A stretch of DNA of 64,000 nucleotides from Methanomassiliicoccaceae archaeon (GTDB lineage Archaea > Thermoplasmatota > Thermoplasmata > Methanomassiliicoccales > Methanomassiliicoccaceae), in assembly GCA_040776945.1 (NCBI GenBank), contig JAXGZN010000001.1:544001-608000 (forward strand), written 5' to 3'. The position numbers and the translations under genes were made by a program. Position 1 is the stretch's first letter. Each line of letters begins with the position of its first letter. Shown in pieces: positions 1 to 10,025 of this stretch. The notes below the pieces were generated by a model. It saw nothing but the letters and a program-made list of their open reading frames with translations. It was not told the origin of the DNA and made no database searches.

Positions 1-482
1 TGGGCGGTCTTAGCCACCTCCGCTACCTGGGCAGGGGTCCAGCAGGTCCCTCCGGCCCGATTATGGGTGTTCTCTATCTCCACCAGCCGAGAGATGGGGA
101 AGTGGAGGTCGTCCCCCCTGGCGGCCTCACGGACCTGTTCCCCGGTGAAGATGCCGCGGTCACCTCTGATGAGACGGGGTATGATCCCGGCGATCGCGGA
201 CATATTGCCGGCCTCATAGTAATACATGTGGGACTCTGACTCTAGGATTATCTCGTCTCCTGGCCGGCAGTGGGCCATCAGAGCTACGAGATTTCCCTGA
301 GTGCCGCTGGTAACAAGCAGCGAGCCTTCCTTGCCGAAGAGCCTGGCCGCCTTCTCTTGCAACGCATTGACCGTCGGGTCCCGGCAGTTCACATCGTCCC
401 CCAGATCCGCTCTGGCAATGGCATCCATCATCTCCTTGGTGGGAAGGGTGACGGTATCGCTCTCCAAATTGATGATGTTCAA
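1..482 (-). CDS. ltaE: Low-specificity L-threonine aldolase (PLP-dependent), runs off the window start
   Basis: Manual translation from TTG at 482: MNIINLESDTVTLPTKEMMDAIARADLGDDV...DPTVNALQEKAARLFGKEGSLLVTSGTQGNL...SHMYYYEAG...IENTHNRAGG. These are typical threonine aldolase motifs. Not in the ORF track because it is open-ended. Confidence 0.9.
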   Translation of the reverse strand, partial: MNIINLESDTVTLPTKEMMDAIARADLGDDVNCRDPTVNALQEKAARLFGKEGSLLVTSGTQGNLVALMAHCRPGDEIILESESHMYYYEAGNMSAIAGIIPRLIRGDRGIFTGEQVREAARGDDLHFPISRLVEIENTHNRAGGTCWTPAQVAEVAKTA

Positions 483-636
483 ATTGTGACCCCTTGACGC
501 CGTTCGGCGTCGGGAGGCCAGAGTCCCGGACCGCTAATAAGTGTTTTGTTTAGAACCGAGGTCTTCTCCTCACGTTCATCGATCGAACCATTGGTCAACC
601 GAGAAATAATTGGCGGCGCATTAGGCCTTCTGTCCA

Positions 637-816
637 ATGAAGAGAACTCTCCTAAAAATCTTAGCGTGCCCCGCCTGCAAGCACCACCCTCTTGAACTGG
701 AAGCGGTAGTCGAGGACAGCGCAGAGGTGATCGAGGGATCGCTCTTGTGCGGCCGGTGCGGCAATGTATACCGGATCGTGGATTCGATACCTGAGATGAT
801 CCCTCCGGACCACTGA
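637..816 (+). CDS. trm112: Trm112-family methyltransferase activator (zinc ribbon), 59 aa
   Basis: Manual translation MKRTLLKILACPACKHHPLELEAVVEDSAEVIEGSLLCGRCGNVYRIVDSIPEMIPPDH shows the LxILACPxC...EGxLxCxxC..Y.I.D.IP.M signature. Below the 60-aa track cutoff. Confidence 0.9.
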   Translation: MKRTLLKILACPACKHHPLELEAVVEDSAEVIEGSLLCGRCGNVYRIVDSIPEMIPPDH

Positions 817-834
817 CAGGGGCGTTCCCGCAGC

Positions 835-1989
835 TCACAGCTTGGCGAGCGCTTCCTTAATGCGCCCCATCCCCTCGACTATGTCCTTCCTGGAGCAGGC
901 GTAGGATATGCGGAAGTGCCCTTCGCCCGCCGGGCCGAACGCTGAGCCTGGGGTTACGGCCACGTGAGCCTTCTCCAACAAATACGCGGCCATGTCCTCG
1001 GAGCTCATGTTCTGGCTGTAGGCGGGGAACAGATAGAACGCGCCGGCCGGCTCGGGGCAATGCAGAGAGGGGATCTCCCTTATGAGCGACATTATCAGAC
1101 TTCGGCGAGCCTTGAACTCAGCGACCATATCCCTCAATGAGTCCTGGGGGCCGTTCAACGCCTCTACTCCGGCCTTTTGCACGAAGGACGTCACGTTGGT
1201 AAGGGAGTGGGTCTGCAGCACGTTAAGGGCCTTGATATATGTGACCGGAGCTATTGCCCAACCAAGTCTCCAGCCCGTCATGGCATATGATTTGGATACT
1301 CCGTTAACGGTGATCGTCCTGTCGAACATGCCTTCCATGGCAGCTATGGAATGATGCTCGCCTTCGAACAGCACCTTCTCGTAAACCTCATCGCTCATCA
1401 CCAGGAGGTCGTGGTCCTTGGCCAGGTCCGCAATGCCCGCGATATCGTCCCTCGAAAGGACCGCCCCGGTCGGGTTTGAAGGGGAGTTCATCAGCACCAT
1501 CTTGGTCCTGGGACCTATCTGCTCAGCGACCTTTTCCGGGGTCATGCGATATGCGGTATCAGCGTCCAATTTGGCGAACCTGGGCACTCCGCCGGCCAAA
1601 CGGATGCACGCCTCGTAGGTGCCCCAAGTTATGTCCGGGAGAATGACCTCATCTCCTTCATCGATGAAGGCTAGCATGGTGAGGAATATCGCTTGTTTGG
1701 TAGGGGTGATGAGCACGTTGGCGTCGGCACAAGGTATCCCATTGTCCCTCCGGGCCTTATCGGCCACCGCCTTCCTCAGCTCAGGAATGCCTGCAGATGG
1801 AGTGTAATGGGAGAAATGCGCTTCGATGGACCTGATGCATGCTTGATTGATATTTTCTGGCGTAGGGAAGTCCGGTTCGCCCATGGAGAAGGAGATCACG
1901 TCCACTCCCTCTTGCTTGAGTTTGCTAACGATGTTAGCGATCTTCACCGTCCCCGATTCCGGTACATTGCCGAGCCGCCTCGCAAGCAT
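835..1989 (-). CDS. aspC: Class I/II PLP-dependent aminotransferase (aspartate aminotransferase-like)
   Basis: GEPDFPTP, YTPSAGIPELR, NSPSNPTG, SDEVYE, SKSYAMTGWRLG. Start trimmed to MLARRL because the track's upstream extension is antisense to pdxS. Confidence 0.9.
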   Translation of the reverse strand: MLARRLGNVPESGTVKIANIVSKLKQEGVDVISFSMGEPDFPTPENINQACIRSIEAHFSHYTPSAGIPELRKAVADKARRDNGIPCADANVLITPTKQAIFLTMLAFIDEGDEVILPDITWGTYEACIRLAGGVPRFAKLDADTAYRMTPEKVAEQIGPRTKMVLMNSPSNPTGAVLSRDDIAGIADLAKDHDLLVMSDEVYEKVLFEGEHHSIAAMEGMFDRTITVNGVSKSYAMTGWRLGWAIAPVTYIKALNVLQTHSLTNVTSFVQKAGVEALNGPQDSLRDMVAEFKARRSLIMSLIREIPSLHCPEPAGAFYLFPAYSQNMSSEDMAAYLLEKAHVAVTPGSAFGPAGEGHFRISYACSRKDIVEGMGRIKEALAKL

Positions 1990-2142
1990 CAGGTCAAGGA
2001 TAAGAGGCCCCTGATTTAAAGGTAGTGAAGAGGCTGACCAGACGCGCGACGCGGCTGCGTCTTCCGCATCACCTCTGGTCCCTGTCGTAGCGACCAGGGC
2101 GGTCCTCAGCAATTTTGAAATACAGGGCAGGGATAACCAGCA

Positions 2143-3063
2143 TTGGTGAGAAAAATGCCTTTCGAATTGGACATGTCCAAGCTCCGGTACGGTACCGACC
2201 TCATCAAGAGAGGTTTCGCCAGGATGCAGCAGGGAGGGGTCGTTATGGATGTCACCAATGCCGACCAGGCCCAGATTGCCGAGGAGGCCGGGGCGGTCGC
2301 GGTAATGGCCTTGGAGAGGGTTCCTGCGGACATCAGGGCCCAGGGCGGGGTTGCGAGAATGTCCGACCCGTCCATAATAGAGAAGATCATCGATACGGTG
2401 ACCATACCGGTGATGGCCAAGTGCCGGATCGGCCACTTCGTAGAGGCCCGGGTGCTCGAGTCCCTGGGGGTGGACATGATCGATGAGTCCGAGGTGCTTA
2501 CGCCGGCAGACCCGTTCTATCATGTGGAGAAAAGCGGGTTCACTGTCCCCTTCGTTTGCGGGGCCCGGGACCTCGGAGAGGCGCTCAGACGTATCGATGA
2601 GGGGGCCGCCATGATCAGGACCAAGGGGGAGGCGGGAACCGGGAACGTCATAGAGGCGGTACGCCACCAAAGGGTCATTATGGGCAAGGTCCGCGAGCTA
2701 AAGGGCAAGAACGATGACGAGCTTAGGACCGTGGCCCGAGAGATCCAGGCCCCATTTCTGTTGGTGCGGGAAGTGGCCCATCTCCAGCGGCTGCCAGTGA
2801 TAAACTTTGCCGCGGGAGGGATCGCGACGCCCGCGGACGCGGCTCTTATGATGCAGCTTGGCTCCGACGGTGTCTTCGTAGGTTCCGGAATATTCAAGTC
2901 CGATGACCCTGCTAGGAGGGCCAAGGCCATTGTTGAGGCGGTTGCCCACTTCGACGATCCGAAGGTCATCGCCAGCGTGTCCAAGGACCTCGGGGATGCC
3001 ATGAAGGGCATCGAGATATCGGACATCCCTGCGGACCAGCGCCTTCAGGAGCGCGGCTGGTGA
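2143..3063 (+). CDS. pdxS: Pyridoxal 5'-phosphate synthase lyase subunit
   Basis: [67 protein letters not shown]-terminal LQERGW. The start may be ATG 2155. Confidence 0.97.
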   Translation: MVRKMPFELDMSKLRYGTDLIKRGFARMQQGGVVMDVTNADQAQIAEEAGAVAVMALERVPADIRAQGGVARMSDPSIIEKIIDTVTIPVMAKCRIGHFVEARVLESLGVDMIDESEVLTPADPFYHVEKSGFTVPFVCGARDLGEALRRIDEGAAMIRTKGEAGTGNVIEAVRHQRVIMGKVRELKGKNDDELRTVAREIQAPFLLVREVAHLQRLPVINFAAGGIATPADAALMMQLGSDGVFVGSGIFKSDDPARRAKAIVEAVAHFDDPKVIASVSKDLGDAMKGIEISDIPADQRLQERGW

Positions 3064-3066
3064 GCC

Positions 3067-3690
3067 TTAACCCCTCTTGGTTTTTCTATCCTGGACTGCC
3101 TGGAGGACCTCGGCGGCCACCTCCGGCACCTTCATCAATCTCGACCCCAAGGAGACCGAGATGTCCGAAAGTTCGTATACTGGGCTTATATAATCCCCCT
3201 CCGGGAACCCTCCGATCAATACAAGCGCCAGGCCGTTGCCCGCTCGGCGGAGAGCATCTTCTAGAGAGGTTTCCGTCCCAAACTGCGACATCGCGATCAC
3301 GATATCCGCCCGAACATCACTCACCAGTGTGCTAAGGTCCTTCTGCTTGACGGCATATCCCGGGACCGTTCCGCCCATGAGCAGATCGCCCATTTCCTTG
3401 AGGAACCGGACATAGTTCGGGTGCACCTCAGCGTTCTGGTCGACCTCGACCACCTTTTGGTCCCTCGTGTGTACGAACACGCGAAGGCGCCCCTGCCGGT
3501 TCAGCTCGGAGCCTTGGCACAACAGAAGGGCGCTGTGCACGATATCTCCCCGACCTCTGCGCGAGGCGTCTTGGAGATTGGACATGAGGTCGTCGTGAAG
3601 GAACGCGTCGAGAACCTTGATGGGTCCCGTTCTCGACGATTCCGGGACCAGTTCCAGTTCAGCGTCGACCAAAACTATGGCAAGGTTCAC
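3067..3690 (-). CDS. nep1: Nep1/EMG1 SPOUT-family 16S rRNA pseudouridine N1-methyltransferase
   Basis: LVDAELELVP, RRGRGDIVH..LL, VFVHTRD, PNYVRF, IGGFPEGDY. GTG start overlaps the purP stop (GTGA). Confidence 0.85.
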   Translation of the reverse strand: MNLAIVLVDAELELVPESSRTGPIKVLDAFLHDDLMSNLQDASRRGRGDIVHSALLLCQGSELNRQGRLRVFVHTRDQKVVEVDQNAEVHPNYVRFLKEMGDLLMGGTVPGYAVKQKDLSTLVSDVRADIVIAMSQFGTETSLEDALRRAGNGLALVLIGGFPEGDYISPVYELSDISVSLGSRLMKVPEVAAEVLQAVQDRKTKRG

Positions 3691-4760
3691 GACACCACGA
3701 GATCTAGCTTGCCAACCTTGGCCGCGTCCTTGATCTCCTTTGCTATCCTTTGCCCGGTGCTCATCCCTGGCTCTATGAGGTCTGAGTACGGGGAGCCGGT
3801 TATGAACGGGTTGGTGCCCGCGACGATCCGACAAGAGATCTCGAAGACCTTGAAATCCAGCTTATCGGTGACGATCGACTCCAAGCAGAACGGCCCGATC
3901 AGGCCACCGAACAGCTCTATGCTGCGCCGGATTACGTTCTCGCCCATATCGAAGACCTTGGATAGCAGGCTCTCCCGGATGACGATGGGGATGTTGCCGG
4001 TGACCACCAGCGAGGGGAACATGCCATGCTTCTTCAGCTCCTCCGTGGAGCCTAGCTTGTACAGCTCATCGATGTTGCTTTCGTCCCGCCGGTCCATGGA
4101 CAATAGCTCCAGGGAACCGTCGCCCACACGGTAGCCGTGCTGGCGTATAGGGGAGTAGAAATAGTGCAGGTAGTACCTGGTGCCTAGTACGTACTCCTGA
4201 ATGGTGTAGGATTCCTGGCTCAGGTCAATGCCCATCTTGAACTCCATATAATCCTTGGCGATGAAGAAACCCCTTCCACCCTTGGCCCCATTGTACTTGA
4301 CTAGCACTGGCTCTTTGATGTCCTTGGCGTCGGCGATCCTCCTGGGCATCTGTATGCCCGCGGACTCCAACCAGGAGCGCTGGGTCTCCCTGTCCTCTTC
4401 CCATTTCAGCACTGCCCGATTGCCGAAGGTGGGCACTTCCATGCGCTCGAACCGCTCAGTGCCCATGTATTCAACGAACGAGCCGTGGGGGATTATTATC
4501 ACGTTCCTTTCCCTTAGTTCTTCGGCCCGGTCCACGAAGTCGTCATAGCTGTCGAAGCGAAGGAACTCGTCTGGTTTGGCAAGAGGGAACGCGTCGTAGA
4601 ACTTGGTCTTCTGGTTGACGGCAAGGCCTAGGGTCTTGAACCCTTCCTTCTTGGCCCCGTTGAACAATTGAAGAGAGGTATGCGAACAAAGGGTGGCTAT
4701 GGTGATGTCCTCCGGATCATAATCCTTGAGGAGCTCGGCTATCCTTTTCTTCGGGACCAT
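3687..4760 (-). CDS. purP: Formate-dependent FAICAR synthetase (ATP-grasp)
   Basis: IATLCSHTSLQ, IIPHGSFVEY, GAKGGRGFF, VVTGNIPIVIRESLL, FEISCRIVAGTN. Confidence 0.95.
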   Translation of the reverse strand: MVPKKRIAELLKDYDPEDITIATLCSHTSLQLFNGAKKEGFKTLGLAVNQKTKFYDAFPLAKPDEFLRFDSYDDFVDRAEELRERNVIIIPHGSFVEYMGTERFERMEVPTFGNRAVLKWEEDRETQRSWLESAGIQMPRRIADAKDIKEPVLVKYNGAKGGRGFFIAKDYMEFKMGIDLSQESYTIQEYVLGTRYYLHYFYSPIRQHGYRVGDGSLELLSMDRRDESNIDELYKLGSTEELKKHGMFPSLVVTGNIPIVIRESLLSKVFDMGENVIRRSIELFGGLIGPFCLESIVTDKLDFKVFEISCRIVAGTNPFITGSPYSDLIEPGMSTGQRIAKEIKDAAKVGKLDLVVS

Positions 4761-4859
4761 AACGACAGATTTTGAAAGGTCATAATAAACTTTTCCTATG
4801 ACCCATCCAGTGACCTCGAGGCCGCTACCGATCTTGACCTCTACGAGTCGAGGATCGTG

Positions 4860-5462
4860 CTATACCAGCTTGAAGCCCAGCCACAGGAAGACGATGTACA
4901 CTACGGCTGCGCGGGTGGTGCCAGCAAGGAAGTTAGTGAGGGCGAAGTACCTGATGTTCATCAATCCCTTCTGGTTGAACAGCGAGAACAAGTAGATCGG
5001 AACCGTGTCCACCATCAATGGGGTGCTGAGAATGACGTAAAGGCCGAAATATCTGGTCTTGAGCACGAACCACCGCATTGCGTTCATGAACGCGCGCAGC
5101 ACGATGTTCTTCGAGAAAAGCCTGTAAGCCCCTCCGCTGATCTTTCCCCCTAAAGCAAAGATCATCACCGAGCCCAATGCCTTCCCAGTGCCTAAGATAA
5201 GGGCCTTTATGATAATGGGCGTCTCAGCACTGAAGAAAAGACCTATCTCCACTGGTATGGGGAGTATTATCGTTGCCGCTATGGTATAGATGAAGAAGAC
5301 GATGCTATATATGATGGGGTCATGGGAAAGACCCTCGAGGAATGGCAGTAGCTCGTCTAGTAAGACCACGGGGGCGGATAGGGGCAGGTAGGACTTAACA
5401 TTACGGTATCCTGATCGCGCATCGGACCCCAATGTGCGCCTTCGTGGTTCCCTTTGGACCAT
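4860..5462 (-). CDS. Membrane protein, DedA/VTT-like
   Basis: Several TM helices; ILPIPVE and GKALGS motifs resemble the VTT/YqaA family. The true start is probably downstream of 5462. Confidence 0.6.
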   Translation of the reverse strand: MVQREPRRRTLGSDARSGYRNVKSYLPLSAPVVLLDELLPFLEGLSHDPIIYSIVFFIYTIAATIILPIPVEIGLFFSAETPIIIKALILGTGKALGSVMIFALGGKISGGAYRLFSKNIVLRAFMNAMRWFVLKTRYFGLYVILSTPLMVDTVPIYLFSLFNQKGLMNIRYFALTNFLAGTTRAAVVYIVFLWLGFKLV

Positions 5463-5788
5463 TTGCTATCATATTGTCCGCGTTGATGGTGAACCGTCAA
5501 GCGGACCCATCATATGGTGACATTGACTGTCTTGGCCTAGGGAAATCGGATAGGGCACGTCGACATCTATGCTGGCTTTCAGGCAGATAATGAGGACGGC
5601 GATCGATCGGCGGCTTCGAGAACGTGAATATTGCTGCAGGGCCAACTAGAGGGAATGGCAGATCGTTCCCCTTGGTTCAAGGGGAGCCCATAGAAATCCC
5701 TTTGCCTCTGATTTCGTGTTGTCCAGACTTTTTTCCCAGTGGGCAATATATTTAAGTCAGTTTGCAGATTACGCTCGGAAGGGATAAT

Positions 5789-6403
5789 ATGGCGCCGAAG
5801 GCAAGCAGGGACAAGAACGACTGGATTAAGCAGTTGGATGCCGAACTGGAAAAGCAGACACAAGACATTAAGAAGGACGTTGCAGAGCTGCAGACCCAGA
5901 TGGGTGCCTTGAACAAGACGCTGATTTCTGACTTTGACTCGATCAAAGAACGTTTCGACAAGCAGAAGATCTTTCTGACCATGGAACCTCAAAGGAGCGT
6001 GTACGCTCAGCAGGACGATACTTTGGAAAATTGGGACTTCAAGAAAGATTTCCGTCCGGAAGAGGTCCGTAACATTCAGCTCATCGACCGTACCCAAGAA
6101 CAGGGCCGCATGGGCGACTCCCTCAAGGTATGGTACTACAACGATAACGGGACCGTTCGCCTACGCATGATCTTCGAGTACTGCGAAGGCGAGCATTACT
6201 ACAAGTATGCTGGCTGGAAACGCGTGTTCGGGCAGTTCGTGCTGTATGACGCTGCCCTTTCGGACGTTGAGATCGACGATGTCCATGATAAGATGGCGAT
6301 CGTGGTCAGGTCATGGTTCGAAAGCCACCTGCGGCATAACCGTGAAGTGCTGATCAATGCTCTGAAGGACAATTTCGAAAAAGGAGAGACCTTCACCGAG
6401 TGA
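5789..6403 (+). CDS. Hypothetical protein with N-terminal coiled coil
   Basis: Clean ORF from ATG 5789, TATA-like tatatttaa upstream, heptad pattern LDAELEKQTQDIKKDVAELQTQMGALNK. Confidence 0.75.
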   Translation: MAPKASRDKNDWIKQLDAELEKQTQDIKKDVAELQTQMGALNKTLISDFDSIKERFDKQKIFLTMEPQRSVYAQQDDTLENWDFKKDFRPEEVRNIQLIDRTQEQGRMGDSLKVWYYNDNGTVRLRMIFEYCEGEHYYKYAGWKRVFGQFVLYDAALSDVEIDDVHDKMAIVVRSWFESHLRHNREVLINALKDNFEKGETFTE

Positions 6404-6776
6404 GCGCCTGCCCCGGAAACCTCTTAATAACCTATTTAAATATCATTTTCACTGACATAGCAATGTGATTTTTCATTCTGGCCGCTCCGATGGGAGAGGC
6501 CGCTTTCGCTCACCTCTTAACAAGGCATTTAACTCGCCGGGGCCGATTTTCACCACAGGATGATCGAGGGCGGGCTCAGGGCCGTCAAATCCCAGGAAGG
6601 CATAAATGCTCGCTCCCAATCATAGGACAATGGTCAGAACTGCCCGCCCCTGAGCCTGTCCGATGCGGGCGATGTCCCATCGGAAGCGTTCGGCGGTTGA
6701 AGAGGATCTCCAGCTGAAAGGGAATGGCAGTTCGATAGGCACGGACATGGACTGGACCGACTTCATCAAGTGAGGT

Positions 6777-8129
6777 ATGGAAATGATGAACAAAGAAGAG
6801 ATCGCACCCCATGTAAAAGAGATCACCAGGGTGCTGGAAGGAAAGATAAGGGAGCAGGAAATCGAGAAGGACCTCGACAACTATCTGAACGTCTACAGGA
6901 TGTCCCTGGAAGCGTCAAAGCGGCATATCGTCCGCAAATACGGAGGAGACCCCAACGCTCTGACAAAGGGAGAGAGGAAGATGCTCTCTCAGCTAGGTCT
7001 CAGCGAGCAAAGCGTGGACCTTCTTGTGAGGGTCATGTCCTCCAATGTTCGTGAGGTGTCGGTCGGAGGTAACCCCAAGACCATACAATCCGGGATACTA
7101 GCGGACGAGAACGGGAACACCGTCAAGTTCACGGTGTGGGATGTCTCAAAGGCGGACCTTAAGGCAGGGGAGAACTATCTCATCAGGTATGCATATACGA
7201 AGGAATGGAGCGGACAGCCGGAGGTCCATCTAGGCAACCGCGTAGTGGTGGAGCTTCGTCCCCAGGACGAGGTCAGGGTCCCGGACGATGTGGTCGTCCC
7301 TCAGGCCTCGAGCGGTTATTCCGCCCCCATCGTGGCCAAGGTCTCCGACCTAAGGGAGAACATGAACAATGTTACCCTCACGGGGAGGATATTGAGCCTC
7401 AGGACGAAGGATGTAGAGACCCCCTCGGGCAAGAAATCGATGTACACAGGGATAATCGCTGACGAGACGGGCAAGGTCGAGTTCACGGCCTGGCACGATT
7501 TCGGACTTAAAGATAACGAGGTGATAACCGTTTCCAACGCCTACGTGAAGGGATGGAAGGGGATCCCTCGTCTGAGCTTCGGAGAGAGGGGACAGGTCAC
7601 CAGGCCTAAGATCAAGATGCCTGCAGCGGCCGAGCTGTCACAAGCCGCAAGGAAGAGCATTGATGAACTGGAGAGGGCGGGCGGGGCCTCGGACGTCATC
7701 GTCACCGGGACAATAGTGGATATAAAAAAGGGCACTGGGCTGATCTTCCGATGTCCAGAGTGCAACCGGGTAGTGCAGAAGGGGGTCTGCCAGGTGCATG
7801 GCAAGGTACAGCAGGTCCCTGATCTTCGCATCAAAGTGGTGGTCGATGACGGCTCCGCCGCCATCACCGCAGTGATGAAGAAGGACGTGACCGAGCAGCT
7901 CACTGGGATAACTCTCAAGGCCGCCCTTGAAGAGGCCCGGGAGACAATGGACGCCGAGGCGGTGGCCAATCGTTTCGAGGAGATCCTGCTGGCCAAGCCC
8001 ATCGAGATCCGAGGCAACGTGATCTCAGATGACTATGGACTGTCCATGAACGTCAATGAGGCAAGGTTCATAGAACTGGACGTGAGGGCAGAGGCTGAGG
8101 TGCTTCTTAAGAGGATCGAGGTGATCTGA
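6777..8129 (+). CDS. rpa: Replication protein A large subunit (multiple OB folds plus zinc finger)
   Basis: Repeated OB motifs (GILADENG..VKFTVW, GIIADETGKVEFTAW, VVVDDGSA) and CPECNRVVQKGVCQVHG zinc finger. Confidence 0.92.
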   Translation: MEMMNKEEIAPHVKEITRVLEGKIREQEIEKDLDNYLNVYRMSLEASKRHIVRKYGGDPNALTKGERKMLSQLGLSEQSVDLLVRVMSSNVREVSVGGNPKTIQSGILADENGNTVKFTVWDVSKADLKAGENYLIRYAYTKEWSGQPEVHLGNRVVVELRPQDEVRVPDDVVVPQASSGYSAPIVAKVSDLRENMNNVTLTGRILSLRTKDVETPSGKKSMYTGIIADETGKVEFTAWHDFGLKDNEVITVSNAYVKGWKGIPRLSFGERGQVTRPKIKMPAAAELSQAARKSIDELERAGGASDVIVTGTIVDIKKGTGLIFRCPECNRVVQKGVCQVHGKVQQVPDLRIKVVVDDGSAAITAVMKKDVTEQLTGITLKAALEEARETMDAEAVANRFEEILLAKPIEIRGNVISDDYGLSMNVNEARFIELDVRAEAEVLLKRIEVI

Positions 8130-9016
8130 TGAAGACCCGAGAGGTCGCCTGGAGGGTGTTCGCTTACGAGTATAATGCCTCTACTTTGGAGATCAAGGGA
8201 GAAGGAGAGAAGGCCCCCTCGTACGTAGTAACGCCCTTGGGCGCAATGATCAATCGGCTGTTCATCGTCGGCCTGCTTACTGATCTGCAGAACCTGGGCA
8301 CCGAGGCTGAGCCTTACTGGCGTGCCTTGCTCTCCGACGGTATGAACAAGTTCTATCTCTATGCTGGAAAGTACAATCCAGAGGCTACGGTGGTACTGTC
8401 CAAGCTGGAGCCGCCCGCGTATGTTGCGGTGGTCGGCAAGACCCGGACCTATTCTCCGGAAGAGGGCAGGATAATCGTATCGGTACGTCCAGAGAAGATC
8501 ATTCGTGTGGATGAGAGCATCAAGGACAATTGGGTGCTGGAGGCAGTTAGGTCTACCCTCAAGCGCATCGACTGTATGGAGGAGGCCATGCAGATGGAAT
8601 CCCCACAAGTGGATGATCTGGTCCGCCTAGGCTACTCGCAAGCACTCGCCGAGGGCGTGGTGAGGGCCTTGCCTCATTATAAGGAGACTGACCTCAACCG
8701 CTACCGGGGCTTGGCACTGGAGGCCCTTGAGCAGTTGCTTCCGGAGGGCACAGGTGAGCTGCCGATGTTACATGACGTTCCATCGTTCGGGCCAGAGGAG
8801 ATAGAGGACGAGACCGACGAAGAGGACAAAGAAGAGATTGTGCTCAAGCTCATCGAAAGACTGGACACCAATAAGAAGGGGGCCCCTCTGGCCGATCTCC
8901 TCCGAGAGGCCGTGAAGTCGGGCATAGGGGAGGCGGAACTTGAAGAGATCAACAACTCCCTCCTGGACAAAGGCTTGATCTATGAGCCTACAATAGGAAG
9001 GATGAAGCGCATTTGA
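8129..9016 (+). CDS. RPA-associated protein (RPA32-like OB fold plus C-terminal winged helix)
   Basis: REVAWRVFAYEY, APSYVVTPLGA.INRLFIVG, VAVVGK.RTY, SVRPE, C-terminal GLIYEP; translationally coupled to rpa. Confidence 0.88.
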   Translation: MKTREVAWRVFAYEYNASTLEIKGEGEKAPSYVVTPLGAMINRLFIVGLLTDLQNLGTEAEPYWRALLSDGMNKFYLYAGKYNPEATVVLSKLEPPAYVAVVGKTRTYSPEEGRIIVSVRPEKIIRVDESIKDNWVLEAVRSTLKRIDCMEEAMQMESPQVDDLVRLGYSQALAEGVVRALPHYKETDLNRYRGLALEALEQLLPEGTGELPMLHDVPSFGPEEIEDETDEEDKEEIVLKLIERLDTNKKGAPLADLLREAVKSGIGEAELEEINNSLLDKGLIYEPTIGRMKRI

Positions 9017-9038
9017 GCGCTCCTCTTCCATTTTTTTC

Positions 9039-9911
9039 TTACATTTTTTGGAGCCCCGACATTAGGTTGTCCTCGAACATCCACTCGTTATCAAAGTGAT
9101 CGTTTAGGTCTTTGATGAGCACATAGAACCACCAGATGGCGAACGCTGGAAGTAGGACAGATATGATAAGATAGAGCACGTAGCTACGTTCGCTGATGCT
9201 CTTCCAGGTCCCGGAGAGCAGCGGCCCCATGCTGATCTGCTCGGAAGCATAGTGAGCGTTCTGAGCGAAGCCGTAGAAGCGGCGATCGTGTCCCGGGGCA
9301 TAGTCGGTCAGCCAGAACAACGTGAGGATGATTGCGATGATATTGATTCCGGGTATGAGGCATAGGATGGTCCACAATAGGGCGCTCTGAGGTTCCTCGT
9401 ACATCAATGAACCTCGGTCGAAGGCCTGCATCGCCTGAACGTAAGGGCCGACGCGCTGCCCGGTCCCCATCTCTTCTCCCCGGAACCTGAAGAAATCCAT
9501 CAGCTCGCGGCGGAGCTGGGCCTCGCGGGCCATATGCTCATTGCGCCGCTTCAGCAACCGGAAGATAAGGAACGCCAGGAGGAACACTCCGACTATGGTC
9601 CCGACCATGGCGACCGCAAGGCCCAGAAGCACATCGTACATGAAGGCGACGATGCCCAGTACATAGCTGGTGATCACCACCACAACAGGGAGAAGGATCC
9701 AGTAGTCAGGGATCTTGATGTCGGTTCGGTGCCTTCGCCCCATAGTGGCCATGAGCGCTTCCTTGGCCCTGGCGGAGGAGCCCCATCCATGGAAGGGGGA
9801 GGTCGGGGGAGGTACCATGGCTCCTAGAAGCGTCGCGCCGCAAGCAGCGCAACCCCCTGAACCTGGCTGGACCGCCGAACCGCACTGAGGGCACTGAACC
9901 GTTCCGTTCAT
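9039..9911 (-). CDS. Zinc-ribbon membrane protein with DUF4234-like repeats
   Basis: N-terminal CPQC..CAAC, TM segments, repeated 'RRNEH' / 'DLNDHF..EW.FED' motifs. Confidence 0.7.
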   Translation of the reverse strand: MNGTVQCPQCGSAVQPGSGGCAACGATLLGAMVPPPTSPFHGWGSSARAKEALMATMGRRHRTDIKIPDYWILLPVVVVITSYVLGIVAFMYDVLLGLAVAMVGTIVGVFLLAFLIFRLLKRRNEHMAREAQLRRELMDFFRFRGEEMGTGQRVGPYVQAMQAFDRGSLMYEEPQSALLWTILCLIPGINIIAIILTLFWLTDYAPGHDRRFYGFAQNAHYASEQISMGPLLSGTWKSISERSYVLYLIISVLLPAFAIWWFYVLIKDLNDHFDNEWMFEDNLMSGLQKM

Positions 9912-10025
9912 CGCTTATACTCCTCCTTTTCCCTTGCTGCGTCCAAGAAGGCATGATTTGCTCTTTAATATGCTGTCGGCGGTACGTTTTCCCGGCCCTG
10001 ATGCGAGAGGGGTCCTAGATGCATC

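Noticed and set aside
1990-2670. N-terminal extension making the aminotransferase 611 aa
   Set aside because: The extension is mostly the antisense of pdxS; family homology begins at MLARRL.
6645-6725. Hammerhead ribozyme or TPP riboswitch reading of the rpa leader (CTGAG...GAAA)
   Set aside because: It lacks the CUGAnGA and UGAGA cores; kept only as a generic structured leader.
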